A DNA stretch of 64,000 nucleotides from Octopus vulgaris (GCA_951406725.2 OX597817.1:135966001-136030000), one strand, 5' to 3'. Positions 14,037 to 30,292 are shown, numbered from the stretch's first letter. Numbers and translations are program-made. Notes: generated by a model not told the origin, from the sequence alone.

Positions 14037-15700
14037 TATCGCTCCCCAACCCCCAGCGCTGTTGACTGTCATTGGAACCGAGAAGGCGTTTTCACTGCCC
14101 TGCTCGTGCGAATGGTTACTCGGCTCTTTAATGACTGTTCCTTGCCAAGAGTTGATGGGATTTGCCTGGGGCGGCCACAGTTTGGTGGCTGAGCTACTTG
14201 AACGAGATAATCGATAGAAACGGTGCCATGTCGTCTGCCAATTAGGAGTTGGAACGATTTGTCTCCCGGACATATGACTTCATATCGGCTATCGTAGGGT
14301 GACTGGAGGAGTTTTCGTCTTGTGTCACATCGAACGAACACGAAGTTAGCCGTGCGGAGGTCGTTTGGTATGGATGATCTGGGTGCACCATGTGTTGACA
14401 TGGGAATAGGGTGTAACTGGCCCACACTGCCTAGCAGTTGCGCGAGGTACCTCTTGACATCCGGGTCTGAGTTCGTGTTCGGAAGGAACTCTCCTGACAC
14501 TCTAAGAGCGGCACCATACACCGTTTCCGCGGAAGAAGGGTTGAGATTTTCCTTTGGGACGGTGCAGATTCCCAGCATCAGTCATGGAAGTTGATCAATC
14601 CAATTGGGCCCGTTTAAGTCTAGTTGTAAAGGATTCCTTAAGGCAGCGGTGAAATCTCTCCACTAAATCCTTGGCCCTTCTTTGTGATTCCAAAATGGTC
14701 GCACATGTCATTCCACAGCTTTGAGGTGAATTGTAGACCCCGATCGGATGAGATGCTGTCTAGGGCAACCCTGATTGTAATGAAGTTCGGCTGACATGTG
14801 TTTCCGTGCTACGGAGAGGGACAGCCACACGCCAAGTAGCGGTTTACCAAGTTCAGTAGGTACGAGCAACCCTGTGAAAATAGTAGGGGGCTGAGAAGGT
14901 CAACGTTGATGTGGCTGAAACGGGCCTGTGGTGGTTCATAGTTGCCGAGGGGTACTTTGGTGTACTGATGGACCTTGGCTTTTCGACAAATTGGTCCACT
15001 CCCCAATTTGCTTGGATAAATTTACTTGACAGCAAGCGCCGTGCGGCTCTAGTACTCGGATGAAGCAGTCCGTGAATGATGTTGAAAACTAATAGGATGA
15101 TCGGTCATTCCCAGTGGATACGTCACACAGCAGTGGATATGTCACAAGGAATGTGACGTGATGGCAGTGCGGTAGGCCCTGATCTCTACATCTGTCTGTT
15201 GGACTGCAGCCATAGCCTCGTAATCCAGGCCTTCCGTTATTGGTGTTAGATAGGTGTGAGAGCAGGTATGGGCACGAAAGACTAGGTTGCCCTTTCCAGG
15301 TATGTGTTGGATAACCGTGGTGTACTCAGAAATGGATGATAGCTGTCGTTGCTGGCGTGCTGACCAAGGTTCTGAGAGCTTGCTCATAGCAAAGGTGAGT
15401 GGTTTGTGGACTGTGAACACTGTAAACGTGCAGCCTTCAAGGAAATAGCGAAAGTGACGGACACCCAGATGGACAGCCAGCAGTTCCCTGTCAAAAGCAT
15501 TACATTTCTGTTCAAGAGGTCGTAATTGTCGGCTAAAGAAGGCATGTGGTTGCCACTGACCATTGATAAGTTCTTCCAAAACACCCCTAATGGCTGTGTC
15601 GGAGGGATCGACTGTGACAGCAGCCGAAGCTAACATATGGGACAGCATGGTTGCTTTGGCCAGGGCTTGTTTTGTGGATTTGAAAGCAAGTCTTCTCAGA
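14037..15700 (-). pseudogene. Ty3/Gypsy pol remnant: RNase H and integrase
   Basis: TVDPSDTAIRGVLEE...AFFSRQL...AFDRELLAVHLGVRHFRYFLEG (RNase H); RFSHINVDL, SDRGLQFTS, SAETVYGAALR, LQSPYDSRYEV (integrase); frameshifts. Confidence 0.9.
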
Positions 15701-15714
15701 CTAACTAACCGGGC

Positions 15715-16030
15715 GCTCGGTTTTCTCGAAAGTTGACCTCATCTGAGGTTACCATCAAATATCAGTACAAGATGACGATGTGCCGGAAACCGCTGTGATC
15801 ACTCCTTTCGGGCTGTATGAATTCTTACGTACACTCTTTGGCTTGAAAAACGCAGCACAATCCTTCCAACGCTTGATAGACACCGTGTACAGGGGTTTTC
15901 ATTGTGTTTTTGCATGCTTAGATGATATCCTTATTGCAAGCCAAAATGCGAAGCTACAGAAGAAGAACTTGACTCTTTTTGATAGACTGGAACAGAATGG
16001 TTTAGTAATCAACTCTGCCAAGTGTGTTTC
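15715..16030 (+). pseudogene. Ty3/Gypsy reverse transcriptase fragment, inverted relative to the rest
   Basis: GYHQI...ETAVITPFGLYEFLRTLFGLKNAAQSFQRLID...ACLDDILIAS. Confidence 0.9.
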
Positions 16031-16460
16031 GCCTTTCTTCTTGACTATTCGTGGGTCAAAAGGGTACACAACGTCAGCTATATAGCACATGTGGTGCATC
16101 TTGTCGACTACCACCAGGTCCTCTCTGTTATGCTTTGGCACCTGATCTGTTTGGGTTGGGAAATCCTACAAGGTTTTACAAGTCTCCGACTCCGCCTCTG
16201 TCTGTGGTTTGTGCTCATACTACGCCTTGCTTCTCTCAAGCCCCCACTTTTCGCAGTTTCTAATATAGCATTTTCGCTACCTGATCGTGTCGCCACAACT
16301 TGTAGTGGTTTTGGACAGGTCTAGGGCATTCGTTCGCGATATGGCCAATGATTTCGCCTACTCTCTTACAGATGCAGCACAATGGAAACACTTGCTCATT
16401 CCTAAGATTGACCCTCCAATTCATGGCCAGAGCTCTCAATTATTATTATTATTATTATTA

Positions 16461-17092
<632 letters not shown>

Positions 17093-17104
17093 CATCATCA
17101 TTTA

Positions 17105-17830
17105 GTAGTGTTATTTTTATAGCGTGCTTTCACTTCACTGCCGAGCGCAGCTCTGTGTACCTTGGGTATGTTCTGTGATTTGCTGTGATGCTCTTATGGT
17201 GACTGTATTGAAAATGTTTTGCGTAGGATGTATGCAGTGCCCAGTAGTGCAATTTTCTGTATGTTATATATATTTGTAAGTCCTGGTGTTTTTGTTATGT
17301 ATTTGTCTGAATATTTTTTTATCATACCTAATGCGCCTACTATGATAGGAATTGTTTCTGTTTTAAAATTCCACATTCGAGTTACCTCTATTTCCAGGTC
17401 TTTGTATTTTGAAAGTTTCCCCATTTCTTTTAGAGAAACTTTGTCATCTGCTGGTATTGATACATTAATTAGAAAGCAGTTTTTTTCTTCATGATCTCTG
17501 ACAACTATATCTGGCCTGTTGGCCTTAATTTCTCAATCTGTGTGTATTAGCATATCCCAGAGTATAATTGCTTTCTCGTTTTCTGTGACCTTTTCTATGC
17601 CATTTTTTTTCTGTTGTTATTCCATAATGTTGGCATAGCTTCCAGTGTATCTAGGTCCTAACTCTGTCGTGTATGTGAATATATCCCTTCTTAGCCAGGA
17701 CTGGGCAGCTAGAGATAATATGATTTATTGTTTCTTGTCCATCTCCACATATTCTGCAGTTACTTGTTATGTTTCTTTTCATTATATGTTTTTGGTAATT
17801 TCTGGTGAGGAGGCTTTGGTCTTGTGTCGC
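17105..17830 (-). mobile_element. R4/Dong-type non-LTR 3' part: CCHC knuckle and restriction-like endonuclease
   Basis: ATQDQSLLTRNY...CRICGDGQETINHIISSC; RPDIVV; KLSKYKDLEIEVTRMW...PIIVGALG; (ATT)n on both sides. Confidence 0.9.
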
Positions 17831-17848
17831 AATTATTATTATTATTAC

Positions 17849-18066
<218 letters not shown>

Positions 18067-18099
18067 TAGACGTCACACAGTATACAATATCGTGAAGTT

Positions 18100-19260
18100 G
18101 TTGATTGAAGATATTGTCTCCTGAGGGTTTGTACTGTCTCTCAAGTCCCAACAAGGACCTCAGACACACAGTAATTTGCACAATATTTGTGCAGTCCCAA
18201 GTAATGCCGACATATGCAATACATCTAAGGTATTTCTAAAGTTTTCAGATGTTTTTTTTCAGATTGGGTGCTATTAAACCCAATGCTCCGAGAACAATAT
18301 GGATAACCTTTATGTTTGACTCTCATAGCTGCCTCATCTTAGCGATTTCAATTCTCAGGTCTCCATATTTATAAACCATTTCTCTTTCTTTCATGATGAT
18401 ATGCTGATCTCCTGGCACTGCCATGTCAGTTATTAGGCACTTTTGTTTGTCCCTCTGAAAGGTTACTGTATCCGGCCTTCGGTGCTCTAACACTTTCTCT
18501 GTCTGGAAATCAAAGCCCCAGAGGATTTTTGCCTTCCCCCTTTCGTCCATTACTTTTTTCCGGTGTATGTTGGTACCAAGCACCCTTAACCTCATATCCA
18601 TACTTACGACATAGTAGCTAGTGGAGATTTTGGGCTAATTTGTCATGTCTACACTTGTACTTTTTCTGCGCAAGACTTCCACAAGTATTAACAATGTGAG
18701 TCACGCTTTCGACCCTCTTCCCACTCATTCTGCAGAGGTCCGATGCACTGTGGTATATATTCTTCTTCACTGAGTTAGTATTCAATGCCTGATCCTGGGC
18801 AGCGACGATTAGGCTTTCAATATTCTCCTTGTGAAGCCACCTCCATGATGCTTCCTGGTCTTTTAATTTGTTGATTTCACGGTGGAACTGGCCATGTAAT
18901 TCCATACGTTGTAGGGTTTCTTCTCTCACATTGTCTATTCGTGATCGGAATTCAAAAGTACTCTCAAGTCCATTTCTGTTAATTCCTTCTGCATTAGCAG
19001 CATACTGTAGCAGGTCTTGTTTGCTATTTACCAAATATTCTACCACTTCTTTCACTGTTGATACACATCCGTACGCTAATCAGCCCACGTCCACCTTTAC
19101 CCCTCTTCCTGTAGAGTCTGTGTACATTCGCCTTATGGTGGAGGGCACAATACGTTGTCATTGTCTTTCGGATAGTACGATCGAGTTGGTCAATCTCCGC
19201 TTGTGTCCATATCAGGATGGGTGCACTATAACGGACTACAGCAACTGCCCATATTATTGT
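18100..19260 (-). mobile_element. Second R4/Dong-type family: RT thumb to RLE
   Basis: LHGQF, AAQDQALNTN, ILWGFDFQTEKVLEHRRPDTV...DMAVPGD...KYGDLRIEI. Confidence 0.88.
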
Positions 19261-19261
19261 T

Positions 19262-19708
19262 GCCTTTGCACAGCTTCTAACGCTGGAGATGTACTACAGT
19301 GTCAGCTGTTCACTACCAGTGAACTAAGGTAACGCCTCTTATTTTTCGAGCAACTTCCGGAGTATTCCAGTGATTCCAAGCAGTGCTGTTTTCTGCAAGT
19401 GCTCCACCCTTATTGCAGCCCCTATTTGTTCCACGTACTTCTCGAGATTTTTGCTCACTGTTCCCAGGTCTCCGACAATTGATACTACTGCTACCTTTTT
19501 CATCGACCACAACTGCTTAACTTCCCAAGCTAACCTGTCATGTCTCTCTGCAGATATAGCCTCGTAATCCAGGCCTTCCGTTATTGGTGTTAGATAGAGC
19601 AGGTATGGGCACGAAAGACTAGGTTGTTCAACATTCGATGCAATACCAAACAGGTTCATACACTCCATAATCCAAGAATGTGGGATCATATCGTACGCGT
19701 TACGATAG

Positions 19709-19710
<2 letters not shown>
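19262..19710 (-). mobile_element. Third R4/Dong-type family, internally deleted (RT motif joined to the RLE end via foreign filler)
   Basis: DYRNAYDMIPHSWIMEC (RT) and VEHLQKTALLGITGILRKLLEK (C-terminus); 3' UTR shared with 40436-40500. Confidence 0.85.
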
Positions 19711-20228
<518 letters not shown>

Positions 20229-20248
20229 CATCATTATCATTATCATTA

Positions 20249-20303
<55 letters not shown>

Positions 20304-20804
20304 CATTATTATTATTATTGTTGTTATTATTGTTATCGTTGTTTATTGTTGCTGTTGTTGTTGTTATTATTATTAGTAGTAGTAGTGGTAGTTGTAGCAG
20401 CAGCAGTAGCAATAGTCATAAGCTGCTGCTGCTGTCTTTGTTGTTATTGTTTTTCTGTTATGATTTCATTATTTTTGGCCAATTCTCACGTTGTTGTTAA
20501 CGTTTATGTTGATGCTGTTATTGTTTTCAATGATTTTTGTTGTTGTAGTTTCGTCTTTATTATTGTTGTTATTCACGAAATTGTTGTATTTGTTTTTGGT
20601 CTAGTTCTTTTTATGGCTATTATTGTTATTAGAGTTGTTATTATTAATGTTGTTATTATTATTATTGTTGTTGTTGTTGTGGTTGTTGTTATCGTTAATA
20701 TCTCTCCATATCCCATCTTTGTTTACTTAAGACTCATTAGTTTTGTTTGTTTACTTGTTGGCATGATTTGATTATTTTTTATTCCCCAGTATTCTGATTT
20801 TCTC

Positions 20805-20842
<38 letters not shown>

Positions 20843-20894
20843 CATATACATATATATATGTATATATATGTATATATATATATATATGTATGTA

Positions 20895-20938
20895 TATTGA
20901 TTTAAGTATGTTTCTTCATTCTCTAATTTTGTAGTATT
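20895..20938 (+). mobile_element. Tiny 3'-end copy of the 2076-5403 PLE pLTR in (TA)n
   Basis: TGATTTAAGTATGTTTCT.CATTCTCTAATTTTGTAGTAT matches 5364-5403. Confidence 0.75.
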
Positions 20939-21011
20939 ATATACATATATACATATATATATATGCTTATATATATATATATATATAAGCATATATATAT
21001 GTACATATATA

Positions 21012-21043
<32 letters not shown>

Positions 21044-21237
21044 CTTATATATGTTTATGTATATATATATACTTATATATATGGGTTTATGTACACTGTA
21101 ACTAGGTGCTATATATACCGTTTGTATTTGTTTTATATATGTGTGTATATATATATATATGTATATATATATACATAAACATATATACGTATATATATGT
21201 ATATATGTATATTATTAAATATATATGTATATATGTA

Positions 21238-21284
<47 letters not shown>

Positions 21285-21388
21285 ATATATATATGTATAT
21301 ATATATATATGTATATATATACATATATACATATATATATGCTATATATATATATATATATACATATATATACTTATATATGTTTATG

Positions 21389-21420
<32 letters not shown>

Positions 21421-21668
21421 CTTATATATATGGGTTTATATACACTGTAACTAGGTGCTATATATACCGTTTGTATTTGTTTTATATATATATATATATA
21501 TATATAGATAGATAGATAGATAGATAGATATGTACTGTCTGTATATTTAGGTATCGTGTCACAATGTATTTTTTGATAAGTGTTTATATGTGTGACAGTG
21601 TATGATGTATTATTATTTACTTTTTGTTTATACTCCATTTTGGCTTATATGTGAGAGTGATATAGAAT

Positions 21669-21702
<34 letters not shown>

Positions 21703-22219
21703 CGATGATGGTGATGGTGGTGGTAGTGGTGGTGGTGGTGCTGGTGGGTTTGATGGCTTTAATAATGATGATGTATTCACGGGTGTGTAACTGTGAGTGG
21801 GTGAGAGTGCAGTCGTGTTTGGTTCCCTCCATTTTTAACATGGCCGCCATTATGGGTGTTTGTGTGTGTGTGTACGCATGGGTGTTGGAAGCGGCAGGTG
21901 TGTTTCTTTGTTTGTGTGTTGGTGTGGAGGGGCGGTGGGAGAAACGTCGTAATTGCTGGTGGTGTTGTTGTTGTTGTTGTGATAGAAATGATAACTAAAT
22001 TAATTAATCAACAACTCAATCAGACTAACTATCGTTTTTCAGTCACTGTATGCGCGTGTAAGTGTGTATGTATGCACATTTATGAGTGAGTGTGTGCGTG
22101 CATGTGTGTGTGTGTGGACGTGAGTGTGTGCGAGCACTCGTCTGTGTCTGTGTCGATATAGATTTTTCTTTACGTTTGTGTGTGTCAGGGCTAATAGTTG
22201 TGACAGTGTGTGTGTTTGC

Positions 22220-22341
<122 letters not shown>

Positions 22342-22434
22342 GTATGTATGTATGTAGATATGTATATATATATGTACCTATATGTGTGTGTGTCTATGTA
22401 TGTATGAGTGTATGTGCGTGTGTTTGTGTATATA

Positions 22435-22485
<51 letters not shown>

Positions 22486-22541
22486 TCTTTACGTTTGTGT
22501 GTGTCAGGGCTAATAGTTGTGACAGTGTGTGTGTTTGCGTG

Positions 22542-22608
<67 letters not shown>

Positions 22609-22634
22609 AGTGTGTGTGCGTGTGTATGTATGTA

Positions 22635-22720
<86 letters not shown>

Positions 22721-22765
22721 CACGCACATACACGCACACATACACACACACACACACACACATAA

Positions 22766-23109
22766 TTCTTTTTGGGGATCGGTTTAACTAGAAGCAGAGA
22801 TAAAGTTATAAATAACAACGTGTAAATATCGGATTAAAGAAATCCCTCGGACTTAAAAAGCCGGAGGATGCGGATGGGACTCGAATTTACATCTGTTGAA
22901 AACATGGAAGACGTTCTCTCTTTGGACTGAAAGCAATCTTTCAAATTCCTCTGGTTTTTCTTTTCGAGAATTGTATGTTGTTGATATCATAAGAATTTAG
23001 AAACTTCGAGAGAGCATAAAATTATTTTATCCGGAAGCTGCTGTAATCCACTATTTACATTCTATTATTTATAGAGTTATCTGCTTCGAGTCAAACCGTT
23101 CCAAGAAAA
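22766..23109. mobile_element. MITE-like element
   Basis: Imperfect TIRs: CGGTTTAACTAGAAGCAGA versus TCTGCTTCGAGTCAAACCG. Confidence 0.55.
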
Positions 23110-23138
23110 CATTTGTTTAACTTTGCTAAATTTATAAC

Positions 23139-23178
<40 letters not shown>

Positions 23179-23221
23179 GTATATATATGCATGCAGGTAT
23201 GTATGTATGTATGTATGTACG

Positions 23222-23273
<52 letters not shown>

Positions 23274-23275
<2 letters not shown>

Positions 23276-23470
23276 GGTCCCGGGTTGAGTCGGGGTTAAC
23301 CACAGTAAATAAGGTACTCAATACATAGCAGAGTAAATTAATTTATTTTATAGAAGGAGCTTCTACAGGACTAGAACTGTTTCATTCAAATGAAATCATC
23401 AGGAAGCTTCCTGATGATTTCATTTGAATGAAACAGTTCTAGTCCTGTAGAAGCTCCTTCTATAAAATAA

Positions 23471-23472
<2 letters not shown>
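23274..23472 (-). mobile_element. PLE-type mini-element with a perfect 132-bp palindrome, in (TA)n
   Basis: 23341-23472 is a perfect palindrome centred on GGAAG|CTTCC; contains CTGATGA...GAAAC...GTC on both strands. Confidence 0.7.
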
Positions 23473-23534
<62 letters not shown>

Positions 23535-23783
23535 TAAATAATAACAACAATAATATAAGTGGCCAGGAAGTATTAAAAGCGAAAAGGCAAATTCCTAAAT
23601 TTATGATTCATTATCAATTATAACTGTGGGTAAACGAAATACCAGCGTTGCTAGAAATATCAGTCGAAAAATACTCAAATAAGCCACCATTTCAATGAAA
23701 ATTCAAAGGGTTGACGAAAATCGAAGGACGGGAAAAATTTAACTTAACACAGCGGTTGTAAGCCACAAATGAGGATCACAGAT

Positions 23784-23845
23784 AAACCTATATAACGAGA
23801 TTTCGACTTCTGAGATATTACCCTTAGTTCTCATCAGTGGGTCTC
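23784..23845 (-). ncRNA. Type-I hammerhead-like motif
   Basis: Minus strand: gagaccca CTGATGA GA...TC GAAA Tctcgtt A TA taggttt; stem I 6 of 7 paired. Confidence 0.55.
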
Positions 23846-23989
23846 GCTGTTAGCCGAGAGTTTAATATATGCTTGCTTCGTCATAACTGTCAAAATCGTT
23901 GAAAGACCAGCGTCAAATTCAAAGGATATTTATGTATAATTATACATAAATAAATAAATATTATTATTATTATTATTATTATTATCATT

Positions 23990-24134
<145 letters not shown>

Positions 24135-24189
24135 TAATAATAATAATAATGATGATGATGATGACGATGATGATGATGATGATGATGAC

Positions 24190-24222
<33 letters not shown>

Positions 24223-24272
24223 AATAATAATAATAGTAATAATAATAATTTTCATTCAATCAAGATACCCTT

Positions 24273-24356
24273 GGCCTGAAGAGTAGCCTGCGGTGTACAC
24301 CACGCTTGGATATTTACCATTTCCGAGGTTCCGCTCGCTATGAAACATATGTAACC
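24273..24356 (+). ncRNA. Type-I hammerhead motif with long stem II
   Basis: ggc CTGAAGA GTAGC...GCTAT GAAA CATATG TA acc; palindromic stem III ACATATGT. Confidence 0.65.
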
Positions 24357-24604
24357 CGGATCTTATCAACTACATTTCTAATCTCCTATATTCTTATTCA
24401 CATACCTGGTAACCCTGGCTGCCAACCGTGAATTATATAGCATTTTTTTTTCAGCTTACAATACTTCGATACGGAAAAAATCCACAACCTTCCGCCTCAA
24501 TAAATCAATATTGTTCCGGAAAGTTGGTTTTCATATTTTCTTCGGTTTGCTTGGAGCTAACCTTCTTCCTACACCTCGATTCTTGAATCTTACATTTATA
24601 TATA

Positions 24605-24643
<39 letters not shown>

Positions 24644-24680
24644 AGTGTTTTGCGGTTCTATATATATAATTATATAAATA

Positions 24681-24712
<32 letters not shown>

Positions 24713-24728
24713 TTATATAAATAATATG

Positions 24729-24763
<35 letters not shown>

Positions 24764-24835
24764 ATGTATATATATACATATATACATACACGTATGTATA
24801 TACCAACATATATATGTATATACACATGCGTATAT

Positions 24836-24965
24836 GGGTAGGGGACGTCATAAAACGTAAACAACATGAAATACGAAATACGAGAACATGGAATACGAAC
24901 TTTTTTTGCGAACAACGAAAGAAACAAATGGAAAATAAGACAAGAAACATAAAGAACGACCCTTG
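24836..24965 (-). mobile_element. (TA)n-adjacent repeat, same family as 45904-46040
   Basis: Shared GACGTCA...CGAACAACGAAAGA...AAAGAACGACCCTT; the 46 kb copy continues into CATCAG (CTGATGA on the minus strand). Confidence 0.6.
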
Positions 24966-25118
24966 GCACCGCAAAACACTGGCATTTTAGGATAATTTAA
25001 TATATAATGGACGATATAGAACTTTTATTATTATTGCGACACTTTTCTTGTCGACTTGGCACTCATCGTGTTTTTAAAGATTCACTTGGAAAGGAAAGTC
25101 CGAGTGGGGAGGGAACTG

Positions 25119-25162
<44 letters not shown>

Positions 25163-25474
25163 GTGAATTTGTAAAAACGTGGGTCAATGGACTTACTGTA
25201 GCCATAGATTAGAGAATTGGAGAATAAGGTGGGTGAAGATTCCAGGATAATCCTGGATTTGTGGGGTTCCTTGATTGGCTCAAGCTGGAGCTTCTCTTGT
25301 ATCAGCAGGAATACGTTGTTCATGCTACATTGTATGCTATGGGTACTTTTATCTCATTTCACCGTCTTTTTCCTTTCTTACCCCTCCCCCATCTTTTATA
25401 TAAACCCTCGAACATATAAACTGTCTTTGTGATGTCCCCCTCATATCATGCTCCTGTGGCAATTAAAATAAATC

Positions 25475-25508
<34 letters not shown>

Positions 25509-25559
25509 TCATCGTCGTCGTCTCCTATCTTTTCAGTTCCTTGGCTCACTGAGCCTCAA

Positions 25560-26045
25560 CAATTATTTTCTTCATTAACCACAACTTTGCATTTCTCTCT
25601 TCAGAGATTCATGTCTGATCAGTTTTTTTTTCCTTCTTTTGCGGTGATTCTGCTGTCCCCAAGATACACAGTGCCTATGTTCCGGCATGATTTTTCTCTC
25701 TTGTGTTCCAGCACAATTTTTGGGCTTCCAGTATTCAATTCCATGATCACACACTGGTTCACGAAATCCAAAGTTTCTTTGCTCCGTCATATTCTATCTC
25801 ATTCTTTGGTTCTTACCATTTCCTTGCTCTTTCTAATCCAAACATGTTACATAGATACCAGTGGATCATTCTGCTGATATTGTCATTCCATATATTTTCT
25901 ATGAGACAGTTTGGCGCTGCCTTTACTTAAATTATGTCACACTGTCTTTCCACTTTCTCTACACGCTCTGTATTTGTCAAATGGTCAAATCCATGTATGA
26001 TGGAGTTTGTTCTCAATGTTTGTTCCTGTGCTGTGCATATTAAGG
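25560..26045 (-). mobile_element. Highly decayed R4/Dong-type fragment
   Basis: AQEQTLRTN and CDHGIEYWKPK / GDSRITAKE remnants across frames. Confidence 0.55.
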
Positions 26046-26337
26046 CTTTGTTTCAGTGTTCAGAACGCATTTTTTTATAATCATGTCGGACTGAATGTTT
26101 AGTGACATTTCTTCAGGCTTTGTGTTCAAATTCCGTCGAGGCTCACTTTGCCTTTCCTCCTTTCGGAGTGACAAAATAAGTTGAGCCCTGGAGTCGATGT
26201 AATCGACTTATCCCTCCTCTGAACTTAGCAGGCCTCGTGCCACAATGTGAAACTAATAGTGAGAGTAAAGAGTTTGAAAAACCACAAAGTACTCTTGGTC
26301 TGAGAGTACCAAACACTCATATAGACAGTATATATAA

Positions 26338-27528
<1,191 letters not shown>

Positions 27529-27790
27529 TATATATATAAAACTGAGAATGTGTGTTTGTCTGTGTGTTTCCCTAAGACTTGAGAACTACACAACCAATTT
27601 CATTCAAATTTTACACATGCCTTACTTAGGGTCCGGGGAGTGTCATGGGCAAAAACATTTATTTCTAACTTCTTGCCTAGGGCGAGCCCACAGCAATATT
27701 ATATCTTCTCCTCTATTTCAGTATTATGTGTTAAAAGTGAAACAAAAACATCTCTCTATTGTAATGTCAGATATTTTCACTTTAATACTG
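27529..27790 (+). mobile_element. Helitron copy 2 (5' part) directly after the CTAG of copy 1
   Basis: ~250-bp direct repeat of ~26505-26760. Confidence 0.8.
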
Positions 27791-28072
27791 AAAGTATTAA
27801 AGTCAAACTATTATATAAGACATCCATTTTGGTAGAAGAAGATCCGCTATGGTCTTATATGCTACACCTAATCAAATTAATATTCAATTTCTCACCCTTA
27901 TTATTTTAAATTTAAATTTAAACCCAGGAGCATGTGTTTTGGAATGAAGTTTGTTACCACACAGCCACACCTGCACCTATGTATGTGTGTGTGTGTAGCT
28001 GTATATGTATACATTTATTTCTATACATATAGATGTATATGTATAGATGTACATGTGTAGATGTATATATAT

Positions 28073-28138
<66 letters not shown>

Positions 28139-28226
28139 GTATATGTAATATGTACACATATATATTCACATATATACATGCATACATATATAAACACCCA
28201 TACACACATACACACACACATACATA

Positions 28227-28540
28227 GGTGCAGGCGTGGCTGTGTGGTAACAAGCTTCGTTCCAAAACACATGGTCCTGGGTTCAGTCTCACTGTGTGGT
28301 GACTTGGCATGTGTCTTCTGCTATAGCCTCAGACCAACCAAAGCCTTGTCAGTGGATTTTGTAGACAGAAACTGAAAGAAATCAATGGTATATATATGTA
28401 TGTATATATTTAAGTGTATGTGTGTGACTTTGTTTCTGTGTTTCACTCCCATCACTGCTTCACAACTCCTGTTCGTTTATTTACATCCCCATAACTTACT
28501 GGTTTCACAAGAAGAAACTAATAGAATAAGTACCAAGCTT
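28227..28540 (+). mobile_element. tRNA-derived SINE (family S2) with internal microsatellite
   Basis: GTGGCTGTGTGGT A-box-like and GGTTCAGTC B-box-like motifs; relatives at 59392-59712(-), 61327-61745(+), 62735-63035(-), 63085-63200(-). Confidence 0.75.
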
Positions 28541-28645
28541 ATCAACATAAAAAAGCACTACGCTGTGTCTCATATTTTTGTTTGCCCACTCAGTTGTATC
28601 TAACAATTTATCTTTGTGTATATATATATAAATATATACATATAT

Positions 28646-28747
<102 letters not shown>

Positions 28748-28829
28748 TATATATATATACATGTATTTATGTGTGTTCCTTGGTCGGCATTTAACAAGGT
28801 GTTGAGTTGCGTAGCTATTTGTGCATGAC

Positions 28830-30261
28830 ATTTACCAAATCTTTTGATCCAGTAGCCTTGAACTCCGTCTAGTCCTGGGACCTTCTAGTTGCTCATTTTT
28901 TTTTTCCTGATTTCCTTCACTTCCTTAACTGAAATGACTAGTTCTGCCTGTTTTGGACAGACTACTGTTTGTTTCAGTTTTTGTAACCATTCAGAATCCT
29001 TCTTGTGCTCCTTGTCTTTGCTCCAGATGTCACTCCAAAACCTTTGATTTTCAATGTTATCTGGTATCAACTTTTCATCTATACACTCTCCATTTATTTC
29101 TTTGTAAAATCTCTTCTGATCTACTCTGAATAACCTATTCTGCTGATATGCCTTTATTCTTTGGTCGTATCTTACCATCTTTGCTTTCTTTGCAACGAGG
29201 CGCTGTTTGAGTTCCTCCACTACTACTTTCAAGCCCTTTCAATATTATACTTCCTTTTCAGCGCCCTGTATTTTTGTTCGCTTTTAAGCTCTCCTTTCTC
29301 TTTTCGGTCTAACACAGATTTCCTTCGAGAACATGTCTAGCCCTGCCTGGATTCTTCTTTTCCACCATGGATCTTTCCTTTTGTCACTCCCATTATGTTT
29401 CTTTTTCTTGACATCAACACCCACATTTTCTGCTACAATACTTGCTGCCTTGATCAAATTATTTGTTTCTGCGATGTTGTTTGTTCTGATGTATTTCAGA
29501 ACTTCATTGACATTTTTCGTTTCTTGGTTCAATTTCCATCGATCAACCTTTTTAAGGTTGCAAATAATGTCGCTATCGTTTTCCTGTAGTCTTACCTTTA
29601 TTCTGTCGTGGATTGCCTTTTGTTCATCTGTCATGTCGCCATTCGTTTTATTGTCTTTTTTCAGATCATCTATATGTCTCTCCTCAAGTAAGCTACCATT
29701 GCTCGTTTCCTGTGCTGTGGGATTACTCTTATTAGTAATAACTGTATTTTCATTGTTATCTCTGCTGCTATTTTCCATGACCCGTCTTTTGATAGCTTCG
29801 AGCTCTACTTCTGTGAACCAACAATTTTTTCTTATTGCTCTAGCTTGATCACATAGTCTCTGTTCCGTGAGTTGAAACAGTCCCTTTTTTCTCCGATGAT
29901 CATACATAGGTTGTCGGTAATCCCTAATTTAAGCACTATTTTCATCTACCGGGATGCTCAGGTACTAACACTCCATGACCACAGCATTAATTTGCTAGCT
30001 CCATCTACGCCGTCTGTGGTGGTCCCTTTCTGGATATCGACAGGCGGGAGCCGCACCAGAATCTCTGAGCCTACCGGGTGTAACACTGTCACCATCATTG
30101 GCTTCAGTTTCATTACCACCATTATTCACAATATTTTGTTTTTTTAATTGTCACTCATATGAGGTGGCGATTATCAGGTTGCGCAATTACCAGTATTTTA
30201 TTGTGACACCATCACTAGATGTATCATTATGAGCCCGTAAAGAGACTCCACCAGTTTCCTT

Positions 30262-30262
<1 letters not shown>
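28830..30262 (-). mobile_element. R4/Dong-type element 5' part (N-terminal domain to start of RT)
   Basis: LTEQRLCDQARAIRKNCWFTEVELE, DPWWKRRI, YQQNRLFRVDQKRFYK, then SN*K-PGLDG; 5' end abuts (ATT)n. Confidence 0.88.

Positions 30263-30292
<30 letters not shown>

Noticed and set aside
30150-30262. 5' ribozyme of the R4-type element
   Set aside because: No HDV fold recognisable by eye
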